Assembly (NCBI GenBank): GCA_002633005.1
Contig: NMRA01000532.1
Span: 114,032 to 178,031, forward strand
Direction: 5' to 3'
Source: Phoronis australis
Lineage: Eukaryota > Animalia > Phoronida
DNA length: 64,000 nt
Shown: piece by piece, positions 25,978 to 38,700 of the stretch
Layout: each line of letters opens with the position of its first letter
How positions within the stretch are numbered: position 1 is the first letter of the stretch
The notes under the pieces: generated by a model
The model's database searches: none
What the model saw: the letters and a program-made list of their open reading frames with translations, nothing else
Told to the model about the DNA's origin: nothing
Translations under genes and position numbers: made by a program

Positions 25978-27624
25978 CTCAAACATCATTACGTGTTGTA
26001 TGCTCATATTGGTTTCTTCACATAGAACAAATTTGACATGTACTTTGGAAATCAGGAAGAGGTTAGCAAAAAAAAAACAGTCTAGCAAGATATGAAGTTC
26101 GCCGTCTCATATTACGCCATGTACAAGCATGTCATGCGCTCAACCATTCCAAAATATTGGGGGCCCGAATATTTTAGAATGTGGCCCTTTCACTAATAAA
26201 ACGGGTTACGTTCACAGCTATGAGTTGTTCACTCGCCGAATTTGGGTAATTCCTGCCTTTTTAAGGGACTTTTGTCTCGTTTTCTACTTCTTTCCTAGTT
26301 TGTGTTTCTCTGAGGCGGACCTTTTTGCAAACTTCGCTAGTTTGTTAATCAGTTCCAACGGGTAACCATTTTTTGCAAATTGACTGTAAGGCTTTTCATA
26401 TCTTATCAAATCCACCCAAAGTGTTGTTAATAGTCAGTCCATATAAAAGACAGTAGATTTTCAAAAGTCAGCCTATACGTCAAAATTCAAAACAAATTTA
26501 TTTTTTGAACATTGATAGGTATCCTAACAAAAATGTAAATGCCATATTTTGTGCACTCAATGACCACTAATTTCGCCACTGGAGCACTAAATCGCAATTA
26601 GTCATATTAGCCATCTCCAAAATTGTAAAAATAAGTAATTTACAAATTAGATTGAAAGTTGTACTTTTGTGGCTGACATAACCAATATATATATTGTAAA
26701 TAATTGTTTGGTAGTTACTCAAATTGAACTTCTTTTTACTAGACAAGGGAGATAATCCACAGACCACTTTTCCTTGCTAATTCGAGTGGTTTATGCGACC
26801 TCTTACTGCCATATTGCACATTGTAGCTTTATGTAATTTTTTTGAATAGACAGCTAATGAGTAAATCTTGATGACTGACCAAAAATATCTTGCCTCAATT
26901 TACTTTTAGTGAAAATTGTCTTGCACAACTGTCTATTTTGGATATGAGGAGCAGAGTTTACAGACAAATTGAACGATATTTTGAACAAGAAATCTGCTTT
27001 AAATTGTTATGAAAATAAAATGTATGGTCTTTCAAATGTAAACAAGTTGTTTCTGCAAGTATTACGCTATCAATATCAAAACTGAACCTGATGACTTTGG
27101 TCTAGTTAGTCAGTTGACATTAGGTTGAGGATATATAGAAATATTGTACATGTAAATTTTGTTTTCTTTCATTATCATTTATTTGACAATTTCAGATCAA
27201 CTAAATGAAAACAAATGCATTTGAAGTTTGAATTTGTGAGAAATGTTATTTGTAAAAACTGGTTTTGAGGTTATCATGTTCTTAAAGACAAAATGAAGAA
27301 CGAAGATCATTCATGCTCGTTTAGAGAATTTTCATCAAACAAGTGCGATCCCAAATGCTTTGTTTCTTCAGTCAACCATTCTAAAGACACTTCAGAACAT
27401 CTGAGATGATGTAAAGTACCGCATAAATCGAGGCCAGTTGCAGAGTATGGGCTCGTACTAGCCAGGATAGCTAAATATGTGACTGAGCAGGACCAGTCGT
27501 GGAGTCAGGAGACTACTATTCGTAGCAACTTGCGGGGACATTACGATATGAACGAAAAATTACAATGTGTTTTGACCGAGTCGAAGATTTTCTTGCACTG
27601 AACACAGAGCCATAACCCTCGTAA

Positions 27625-29464
27625 AAGAGAATGCCACCCGATTTAATTAGTCTTTTTACCGTCTTAATCGGTCTACGTCCACATCGCCTCTTATACGTTC
27701 GACCTCACTTTGCCGAGAGGCGTCGCGTTAACCTGTGAGGATGGTGAGAAACGACGCAGCGACGTCAGTGGTTCGTCTGCAGAGTTAATGCCGCTATATT
27801 GGGTGCATCGTTCCCCGCTTGTCTGATTTATGAAGCTGCGAAGAAAGCGGGTATATCGTTTTTTCGACTTCCTCGAGAGCCAGAAATGCTTAGGAAGTGG
27901 CTCGCCGTATTAAAGAATGAAAGGTACGCTATTAATAGCAAGTATGAGGCCCTGAAACATCTCCATGTCCGGGGCCGGCATTTCGTCGACAGCGATTTCT
28001 CTGAAGGATTCCACCTTACCAAAGAACTATCCATACGTTCCGTTGTCTGTGCATGTTCATGGCGCCTCTCTAATATTTCTTGATCCGTGTATTCCGGTTC
28101 GAAATGATAGCTTGTGAAACCTAACGATCCGACCCGTGAAGTCTTCGTCGGATGAGCTCTTAACTAAGTCGGGATTGGGGCTGGGCGAGTTGCCAAATGA
28201 ATTATTCTCATCCTAACCAATGCATATATAAAACTGAAACAAAGTCTGTCTCATTAGATACAATTTGTAATGCCTATGCAGTATTCGTGAGTGCAAATGT
28301 TGAGAAGCCAGCAATGAATAAACCACTGCGTTACCGGCCTTTTATGCTGGCAATGAATAAAGGTAATTGACCGGGCGTGTGAGCGCATGCTAATTCAGTG
28401 TTCGCTGACAGAAAGCTGTTTTGAAACAATTTCTCGATTTTCTATGTTAAGGTCACATGTTAGGGGAATCTTTATTTAGAAATACAAATACATTACTCAA
28501 ATCATTTTTAATGTGCAACCGTTGCCCTGACTGTCTGTGGAAGGGGAAGCCGACTTCGCGGCACCCGACAAGTAAGTACTAGATTTTCAGATTCGTGGCT
28601 AATTCTCTTAAATAATTACGTGCACATTATTTCTTTGGCTTACTATTATCAGTGTTGTAGTGGGGCGTACGCGCACGTAGGCCTAGCCAACCACCTTTTA
28701 GCATTTGAACAAAGCGCCTACGCACCGTAAGTTACGTTCAGTGCTCAAGGTGATACCGTGGGCTTTCGGCTCCTAATTGCCTCTATTTCACCACCACAGC
28801 ACTTACTATTATAGTCTTTTCGTGAGTGGAAGTTTAGTTTCCAACTCAAGCTGGTTTATGTTCGTGCCAGTCCCGGCTGCCGCGACGGGCCTGATCGGGT
28901 TCTGAGCCACTGGCCAGAATAACGAGTGAGTCCGGGCGCGACGGGCCTGATCGGGTTCCAAGACACTGGCCGGGATAACAAGTGTTTTGTGTGTTTAGAA
29001 CTCAAAAAATCACAAGTCTAAACAACATAGGTTCTCTTCTCTGTATTTCACGGAAGAATAATTCGAATTTATCTCCGAACAGACCCAAACTCCTGCTACG
29101 GACCTTGGTAAATTGGACTGCCGAACTTTGTAGGCTACGGTGTATCCAAATACCAATAAAACCGTAACAGCGAAATAAAGCAACATGTTTTTATAAAAAC
29201 TCGGTGTATTTTTAAAGGTTTTAAATCGACGTTTGATTATTTATTGGTGTTAAACGATGAATTCAAGCTATAACCTGACACCAGTAACCCATGTTTTGAA
29301 CTGCCGAACAGACTGCGTGTGAAACCAATGACGTCATTGGATAATTTCAACACCTCCGTCTGCCGTCAGGTGTCAGGTAACGCAACAGAACGTGCCGTTA
29401 TCGAGTAGAACTACTCAATCTAAATTGATACAAAATGGGTTGTTTGTTTGGGTGGCATTCTCCT
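27625..29464 (+). mobile_element. Non-autonomous Kolobok-like DNA transposon with THAP-domain remnant
   Basis: TIRs A(A/G)GAGAATGCCACCC / GGGTGGCATTCTCCT, flanked by gtaa/TTAA. Internal ORF remnant GISFFRLPREPEMLRKW...HVRGRHF has the THAP signature. Confidence 0.85.
28650..28804. mobile_element. hAT-type MITE nested in the Kolobok-like element; duplicate at 44692-44847
   Basis: 8-bp TSD actattat on both sides, CAGTG termini. Empty site visible in the related element at ~46444. Confidence 0.85.
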
Positions 29465-31214
29465 TTAAGTGACTCCCTTCTTGCGTCACTGACTCTGACA
29501 CGAAGATAAAAAACACGAGTAAGGAAGATTTGGCTGGTAGTTGCGTCCATAGCTTCCATGTAAACAAACAGCGACGCCATCTATCATTTAGCCGAAGCAC
29601 ACACGCCAGTCACATTTTATGTACATAATTTTTGTAGTAAACAATAATCATCTGTATGGCTTTGAGAGAATGGTAATTAGTAATGCTCCCTGTTTTTTCT
29701 CTAAATTACAAGCTCTTTACCTCGTTTTTGCAAACTAATCTCACGTTTCAGGAGGCTCCCTATTGGTGGTTGAGGCAACTGAGAATAGGCAAACAGGACG
29801 ACGTACAGTTGGTGTAATGCTTCGAAAGCAAAAACTACGGGAGAGGCAAGATTTTTGATTTTAGATGATGGAGAGGTTAGAAATGAATGAGCAAACTATC
29901 ATAAGGTCAGTTTTTAAAAGCTGCAAAATGGCTGCTACAGAGTTCTAAATTTGGCCCTAGATGGTTTTAGTTAAAACCTACAGAATAGCCGTTTTTGCCA
30001 CACAAAATCGTAACATACAAATTTGAAAATGAATCTTGAAACTTATACCATTAAATTATTCAATCATAGTCCTTTAAAACTGTATTACTCATTTCTTATT
30101 ATCTAGCTATACTTGCTAGTAAAATGTATTCAAACGTATCTACTATGGCGCCCAATTTTGTTGCAAAATGGAGGTACATGTCATAAAAAGAGAAATAATG
30201 GATGAAAACTCTTAAAAAGCGTAATTTTTCTACATCTCATCAAACCTAACTAAACTCGTGTACTAAGTCTAAAAAAATCTGTGATTTTTGGCTATAGACA
30301 CTGCCTGTTGGTTTTTATATGGAGTCACTCTTAATGTGATAAACCCGATCAATCAACGTTTTGGCGAAACCGGTCTGATGCATATCGAACGTAAAACTTT
30401 GATAGCAAATTTACGTTTTTGTACTACCGAACCCTTAGTACGTTTGACTATCGCATCAAGAAAGGCCATCTGATTTTCAGTCTCAAAGTACGTACATGTA
30501 ATGAATTTCAAATTCGAATGCCTGGAGTTTGGTCTTACGACCAGAGTCCGTGGTTTAATGTGCTTGTTGTGGATCCGTGTTTGGTGAAAATACTCGCCAT
30601 GTTAAACCCAGGCTAAGAACTTTTCGATACTGACAACTATGGTCACAATAATGACCACTTACAGCGATCCAGTCACTGTAATGGTGAATGCACCGCATTC
30701 AGTCCCAGAATCCTTCGCAATTCGTCACACCACGCAAGACCATAGAACTTCCAATGGTTTTCGGAATCTGTTTTACAATAAGCTTCAGTTGCTTTGCTAC
30801 CAAATGTAGCGGTGAGTTCGCTGACCCTTCTCTTCGGGTAAGAAATAAGCGAGAAAAAAACCATAGTCTTAGGCACAACAACTTTATTTCACTATCTCCT
30901 CAACCAGAACCTTCAACGTCCAGCCGGCCACAACGCACGTGAAACGAAGTAGTAATTCACATGAAAATATCCCGCGTGACCCATATTGTTACATATAGAC
31001 AACGACAAGAGTTAAGCAAACCGGGGTGGGTGTCNNNNNNNNNNNNNNNNNNNNNNNNNNNNNNNNNNNNNNNNNNNNNNNNNNNNNNNNNNNNNNNNNN
31101 NNNNNNNNNNNNNNNNNNNNNNNNNNNNNNNNNNNNNNNNNNNNNNNNNNNNNNNNNNNNNNNNNNNNNNNNNNNNNNNNNNNNNNNNNNNNNNNNNNNN
31201 NNNNNNNNNNNNNN

Positions 31215-31275
<61 letters not shown>
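31215..31275. repeat. (TG)n microsatellite abutting a gap; duplicate at ~49263-49301
   Basis: Direct reading. Confidence 0.98.
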
Positions 31276-31276
<1 letters not shown>

Positions 31277-32439
31277 GATTGCAATTACATTTTACACATT
31301 CTCCTTATATTTTGAAGCAGTCGTAATAAAAGTGATATTCGTACCTACTCACAATATTCCTTTCTACTTTTCTTTTGTAATGCAAACAAACTCCCTCGCA
31401 TGCATTTAACAAATGAGCAAAACACTCCGTGATATTCTAAAAATTAAGAACGTTACAATTTTTCAATTCTCAGAATGATACAAGAAGAGTCCAAATAGCG
31501 TTTCAATCATTTTTCATCCCCTTTCTTTTAGTGAGAACCTCCATCAAACGGATTTTAATGCAAAATACTTCAGTCCGGCGAAACGTACATGTAAGCACAA
31601 ATAACTCTAATTTAACACAACTCTAAGTATTTTCAAACTTAATTTTATTCGATTGTTTAGTTAATTGTTTATGTTTGGTGATATACCACTTCCTAAAAGG
31701 GCCGCCGCAGTGAATGACAGCTGACTCCTGCATTTTTTGCACTCATTCGACTGCCGCCATACATAATGAGGTCTCTGCGGTATCCCCGGCAACTGTTTTA
31801 TTAAAAAAATAAAATAATAAAAGTAGACTAAAATACAAACGGGGCTGGAAGTTATGAAAGGAAATGTTTATATTTTAGTGATATCTTTAGACTGTCGGTA
31901 CTCGTCTTGTGCTAACAGTAATTATATATTTTGCATACAAGTTTAGAGTGTTGTTACTTTTGCGGCTCGCTGTTGGTCAACTTCGAATTACCTGCATACA
32001 CCTCATAATAATACACGCAAACCTCACGGTTCTAAACTTGTAAAAGATTGGATAGTTCAATCAGCAAGTTAAGCCATTTGTTAACTTTCGTGGACATTTT
32101 TCAAAAATGCGATAATCACATATTGTATATATAAAGTGTATGTTGTACAACGTAAGTGTTTGTACCAGAGGTTATTATATCGAGATTCGTGGTATGCAAA
32201 ATGCGAGAGGGCTCTAGATAAGGGGGCAACGACTGAGAACATGTAATAATCTATTTATACCACATACTGAACGAAAAACATTGCTATGAATCGATCTACC
32301 GGCTTTTGTAACCACCTTCTATGCTAGAGGTCTGAGTTCAGCGGTCGTGACCTTTCAAGTTTTTCTCGTTAAATGATGTTCTTACTTAAAACCGAATAAA
32401 AACTAAAACGGAAATAGAACTAAACTGAATCTGTAATAA

Positions 32440-33835
32440 AAGATAATCACTTACTTACAGACGGTTCAGGTTAGACACAGGCATTTCGGTCTGGTCCGAC
32501 AGTCCTTGTTCGATGAGTGAGGGGTTTTCCTCCTTTCGCTGATTAAGTACAGGCGTGCGTTCAGTAATACTAGGACCTACGCTAGGACCTAGCCAAAATC
32601 ATTTCTAACGCAAGTGTCCTTATTTAAAATACACAACAACATCTCACGTAATCTCGTGAAGTCTTGCTTTTTAGCGAAGTCCTAACGTTAGGAGGCACAG
32701 AACAGTTGTCACTGGGTTTTGCCCAGCAAAACCGACATCACTTGATTTGTCACCTTTTCTTCACTCTGTCAAAAACAGGATGCAAAGAATGACATGTTTT
32801 CAGTTATTTCCCATAAAAATCTCTGCAGATGAGCGCAGAAACTTTATTCTCTCTTGTATTTTTGACCCTTTCAATCCCACTGAAAACCAAGCTAGACTAA
32901 AAACAAATAGTGGCAAAAAGTGCAAAATCGGCACTTTTCACCCCCAAAACACCACTTCCCTGCCGATGCACGACTAAAATCAACAATACATTCTGAAAGC
33001 AAGTTTCCTACAGATTCCGAAAATGAGGTCTAAAAGTATTGTCAACCAACTAGTTTTTTGGCAATACTGGCTTATTTGAGGGCTACCTAAAATCGCAGCC
33101 AATTTCACAGTCGCTACCCAGCAATGCACAATTGCAACCGGGGGCCGCCATCTTGAAGAAGAGTGCAGCTACAGCCGAGAAAGTGGCCTTTTTATTCTAA
33201 GCATGTTCACAAGTGCAAACAAACCACATTCACTGAGCCTACATGCAATGTCCACCTACAAAATTCCCCTAACTTTAGCCTACCCCAAAATTTCAATATT
33301 TTGGCAGTGCAAATTGGCCGCAGCCGCAGCCTAACTATTCAGTGCCACCTTACTGAACGGGAGGCAGGTATGTTCGAATACACGGGAGGTAAGTGCAGAC
33401 CTCTGTCCAGCGTTCAAAAGAGGGGCGGCGCTGAGTGCAGATATTTATGGATTCTTTTAACTTGCGAGCATAAATGTTCATTGGAGAAACCAAAAGACCG
33501 TTCCTAACCAGATTCATAGAACACCAGAAATTAGACATACCCGCATTTTTGGGGCAACACATATTGGCGACTGGACATTCTATCGCCCTTGAATCACCTA
33601 AGATCTTACTAAGAACAGAATTGGTATGCTCGCAATTTAAAAGAGTCCATGAACATCAGCAGTCAGCGCCTTCTCTTGAACCGGGACCGAGGTCTACACT
33701 TACCTCCCGTGTATTCCAACATACTTAATCAGCGAAAGGCGGGAAACTCTCACTCATTGTAAAAGGCCTGGCAGACCAGGCCGAAACGTCTGCGTTTAAC
33801 CTGAACCGTCTCTAAGTAAGTGATTATCTTCTATT
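32440..33835 (+). mobile_element. Penelope-like element 3' remnant with an inverted terminal duplication, interrupted by nested MITEs; duplicate at ~49783-51125
   Basis: GIY-YIG remnant IGETKRPFLTRFxEHQK...HILATGH at 33474-33600. 32440-32549 plus 33368-33472 is the reverse complement of ~33625-33830. Confidence 0.8.
32691..33349. mobile_element. PIF/Harbinger-type MITE; duplicate at 49998-50639
   Basis: tta|ggaggcacagaa ... ttcagtgccacc|tta: imperfect TIRs with 3-bp TTA TSD. Confidence 0.8.
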
Positions 33836-34836
33836 GCAATACCTGTAGAGAACAATGACCAACTAATTTTCCTAAAGTGATCTGTAAAATATTTTTATTT
33901 TAAGCATCTACTCTAGCTTACTACACATCTTATAAATGCTAAGCTCCCACCTTGAAAATTTCGTCTGCTAAAGTAGGTTACCACTGGTTACTGAGTTTAA
34001 TGTCCAAGTCAAAGCACCCCGACCAGGCAAACGTTATTCGCATTCAAACTGGAGATCAATGGTTTACAAGTGAGAAAAAACTACAGACAAGTTTTACTAA
34101 ATTAAAGATGTCGTTTTTATTGAAAATTTGCGGTACAACACCCTTTTGTTGAACATGCAATTGTTGCGCGTGCTCATATAAGTATTCCATTATCACGTTC
34201 CATGACGTCAGCCGCTCAGTGATGCAGTGGTAGAGTCGACGGACCTAAACTCTTTCCGACCTGGCTTGAAACCTGCCTCGGTTTCCCGCCAAAATGTTAT
34301 TCAACGGTGTTAAGTAACTAAATGGGTTATTAAATGGTTATATTGGCCATTCGAAGCTGATATTGTGGTATAAAAACTGGTATCTCTATTGCTATCAATG
34401 CCCTTGAAGATATTTGAATGCGTCATTTATGTGCAAACTCTGAATTGATTGAATTTACTTCAAATATACGGCAAATGTATCGGCCCTTTCAGGCCTTTCA
34501 ATTTGAGACGCTTCTGACAATTTTGAATATTGATTTTTCTTCAGTGCCTAGGCAGACTTGCACAAATATTTGCATATCAATTTCACAATCTGTGGCCGAA
34601 GGAAAGACAGTGTTCTTGAATTTTCAATTTTATGTTAAGACCGCAGGGACGTCGGGCAATATCACATGTATCACATTATCACCTGCTGGAATTAACACCA
34701 TAATTAGATGTTAAAGAACAGTGTGAATGTGATTCAATATGACTTTCCAGCTTCCGTTTCAGGAACAACTCAATTTCCGGAATCAGGGAATAAATTAGCA
34801 TTTTGACTGTATTTTCAGGAGCAAAACAGTATTTTT

Positions 34837-34980
34837 CATGGGCGGCGCAGCACTAAAAAGTGGCAGGGGGCTAAAGCCCCTCAGCCCCCCTGTGGTTCAC
34901 CGTCTAAAGACCATGTGCGGCGTAGCACTGAAAAAATTGGGGGTTACATCCCCCCAGCCCCCTATGGTTCACCGCCCATG
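34837..34980. mobile_element. Small MITE with internal dimeric structure; duplicate at ~53007-53152
   Basis: tttt|catgggcgg ... ccgcccatg|tttt; absent from the homologous position near 62440. Confidence 0.7.
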
Positions 34981-34984
34981 TTTT

Positions 34985-36060
34985 AGAATCGAACCCACTA
35001 CCTCTGCAGTCACAAAATAACGCCCTACACTTGTTAAATGACCAAGAATTTTCTGAATATTTAAACGGTAGCAATACTTGCTAGCATTTTAGTGAATGTC
35101 TGGCCGACCACAGCGAGAAATGGCGAGTTGTAATGAAATCACAAAAACGCAGTGACTTTGTTGTTTTACATCTCTACCAGCAATCTTTGACACTTAAAAT
35201 AATTATGAAAATGCGCTTTCCTGCCAAAATATGATGTCCTTTTATTGGTGAAAGGAGCATTATATTCTAAAAACGTTGTTTTATTAAATTCAGTCTCACC
35301 GTGGGATCAAACGCCGCTGAGCTAACTCACTCTCATTAAACATCAAAGTATTTCAAGCATACACAACACAGACATCATTGATTTCATAAAATGTTTGTCA
35401 GACAGCAACATTGGATTTTGTTATTTCACAGCTCTAGTCAAATCTAATTATCTCGAGAAATGTATGCCACCCAACACTATTCGTAAAATACATATTTTCC
35501 GCACAGCTGATAGTCTCCCGTTGCGAGATAAACAAAAAGTTCTTTTGAATACGCCGCACTGCGGAATCGAATCCGGTAGCTCCGCAGTCGCTGATCAATA
35601 TCCAATGCTGAACAAAGTAATTTACTATTATTTTATAGGCAATAACAACAGCGAGAAATGGCGATCTATAATAAATTTACAAAAAACCAATGGATGTTGT
35701 CTGCTAATAACTTCAGGAAATCTCTGCTGCCCAAGAGTAATAGTAAAATTGTATATTTTGGTGGTAAAAGCGATGATTTTCCCTTAAAGATTTAAAGAGA
35801 AATTATTGGCAAAAACGTATTTTTTCTAAAATAAACCGCACAATGGAATCAAACCATGCATTGTACCGATGACCTAATTCCCACGCTGGTAATTTTCAAG
35901 TATTTTTAAGTTTACTGAAATGGTAGCGACACCGGCAATAACTTCAGCGAATGTCTGGTAGAAATGGTAATTTGTAATAAATTCAAAAAACATAATTGAT
36001 TTTGATGCCTCAGAGCTTTGGCCAATGGTAGTGATTTATATATGCCGCCCAACAATAACT
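34985..36060. repeat. Old degenerate ~270-310 bp satellite with a Pol III B-box-like motif; homologous arrays at ~53155-53915 and ~62450-63370
   Basis: Recurrent (g)gaatcgaa(c/t)cc, cagcgagaaatggcga and gaatgtctggc motifs at ~34987, 35303, 35563, 35845. Confidence 0.6.
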
Positions 36061-36953
36061 GTAGAAAAGTTTTTTTCGGTGGCAAAACAAACAGTGTGTC
36101 TTTAAGTGTTAAAGAGTAGCAGCGGCCATAGCCTAATGCTGTACAGCTGAGCTATTAAAGATTTATAAAATGACGAAGGATGCTAGGCCAACGATACCGG
36201 CATTGATTTCGCCGAATGTCCGGCAGACAACAACGTGAAATTGTATTTTGTAATTTAGTAACAAGAACGCAACGGATTTTGTTGCGTCATAAGTTTGGCC
36301 TCGGCAAAAAGCTTTAAAGAATTCTCTCCCATCCAACAGTAATACAAAAGTGCGTTTTTTGTGGTAAAACCGCTGTCAGTTCCCACGACCTCAAAGCCGC
36401 TGAAACATAGCTAAGTTGGAAATCGATTTAATTGTCTGATTTTTCAAGTACTTGAGGGTGATTCTCGTATCCACTGTCCTCTCTTTCTGCATAGTAATTT
36501 TTCATTTTTCGCTCAAAATCATCCTAGTCTTCCGATCTGATGTGTTCTGCCTTTGCAACTAACTGTCAAGTGATTAAACGCCTTTCAAACATGACATCAT
36601 ATGGCGGAAAACTTGGAAAATTTTTTTTTTTCAAAATTGATAAATTCGCAACCATTGCCATAAACGTACTTAACGAGCTGGATGAAACCTCAAAAACTAA
36701 GGAAAATTCATGGTGGGAACTCTTTTAGGTAATCGACATCGATTATCCAAGAGGTACGTCACTCAAGATGCCATGTTTAAACAATTTTAACGATTTTACT
36801 ATCATGTATTAAAGAAAGTTCTTAACGAGTAAAACTTAATGAGCAACGACGACTCATGGATTAAGCTTCATCATTACGAACGGACAAAGCACACACTAAC
36901 ATCTACACTAGTTGCACCGAGAGGTGGCTCTTTTTAGGAGTTACGAAAAAATA

Positions 36954-38156
36954 ATGAAGAATAAGGAAGACATTTTGTCCGAGTTCTGCTGCACAACCTC
37001 CTGCCATGGGGCGTCTCAACTATTGAATGATAAATATGGCAAAATATTACGGATTGGAATGGTAAGTTGCACGTTTTTGTGTAATCTGACTTTTACCTTT
37101 AGCGATTATCATGATCGGTTAATTGATGAGTAGATGAGGGACATTATTAATCACCCAATTGAATTATTAGATGCAGAAATTATATATCACAACTTATAGA
37201 ACTTTCTGTAAGAATTTCCTCGACTTTTCTGAGCAGCCTGGCTCCTACTAATCTAAACTCTGCAGTGTATGAGCACTCGTTCAAGACAGCATACATGGTG
37301 GTTCTGGAGAAAAAGAGATCTGGTTTAGGTTGGTATCAGATTATTGGGTGAAAACCAGGAAACCCGGTTTGAATAGATCTGGAAGTTTTCTATTTAAATT
37401 ATATGAGTCACGGGCCCGGGGTCTAAAGGTGTTGTCTTTGAACATTAGGATACAGCGACGTAGTATTCACTGGAATCAATCTGTCAGTTTATTACAAACA
37501 GCCAGGCGCCGCCGCCACGTCGAGAAAACTAAACCACACTAACGTTCAGCAGTTGAGATTTTCCATTTTCGCACTAAATTATTTGGAAATAAACCGTATT
37601 GTTAAACATCGTTCAGTCAAGGACATTATTTTGTCATTGAATCTCTGACAATCCATCCCCAAGATGCCATGTGTTCCCTCATAATCAACTCGACGACCTC
37701 GTTTTGGTGCCAACTGCTAACGATAAACTCGTCACGTATGCCAATGCCCTCGATAAATCCTTAGGTGTACCATGGCAAACGGGATGGATCATCTCCAATA
37801 ACAATGTTACAGTTTGAAGTTCGGCATGAGCTAATTAGAGATGAGTAAAACTTGATTCCGCCTTACAGGTGATGTTACTTCTCGCCAGTCTCACGACAGC
37901 AGCAGTCAATGTGGTGTTGTCTGATCACAAATTACTACACATACCCATTCCACCAAACCGTGGAGAAAACATTCACAGCAAACAGGCCCTTCCCAAGTGT
38001 TTCAGTTTGTAATATGGCTGCAGGCACGACGAGTCAGATCGAACAGCTTTACATGAATCTATTATCTTCAAGAAAATGTCTATCATATGACTTCAGAAAA
38101 TATCATGAAAAAATAAGAAATATGGAGGCTATCCACTCGTTTTCGATAACGTTGAC
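36954..38156 (+). pseudogene. DEG/ENaC type B' copy with intact exon 1 (36954-37061) and frameshifted, truncated exon 2 (37869-~38156)
   Basis: +1 G at 37923 leads to TAA at 38010-38012; one A is missing from the run at ~38108-38113. Homology to exon 2 stops at GATAACGTTGAC (~38156) and switches to type A intron sequence. Confidence 0.9.
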
Positions 38157-38700
38157 GGATTTTGACTTGTTTTCGTCAGTGATATGGTTTGCTATGTTAT
38201 TTGTCTAAATTACGGCTGCAGGCCTTGCAGTTTTTGTCTAAGAACCTTGGCAGAGGGACCCAATCAATCATCGTTCAAACGCAAATTGAGCACGAGGCTC
38301 GGCAACGTCAGAAAAACTATTGCAGTACGGTACATTTCAGAGGTGGCATATTTAAATTTGTTCGCATCAATTGATAGGAAAGTTGGAGTTTGTTGGAATT
38401 AACCTGTATTGTTATTAACCCTAAATTAGTATTTCATTATTTCGCAAACAACCGGTCACCGGTCACAAGTTCATTGAACCGTTCAAACACTATTCATAGT
38501 GAGTACGACAGTAGTTTGCGTAATTACTGTGGTGCCTGTTGCCTCCGATAATCTTGACTAATGTCATCCGTTACGGTACCATCAACAAATCCTTTGGTGT
38601 AGAATCAGCCACTGTGAACACAACCATCCCCAGAAACTTTATTCAAGTTTGAAGTTATCAAATTTTGCTTGACTTAAACTTGACCTACTCATCATTCTAG

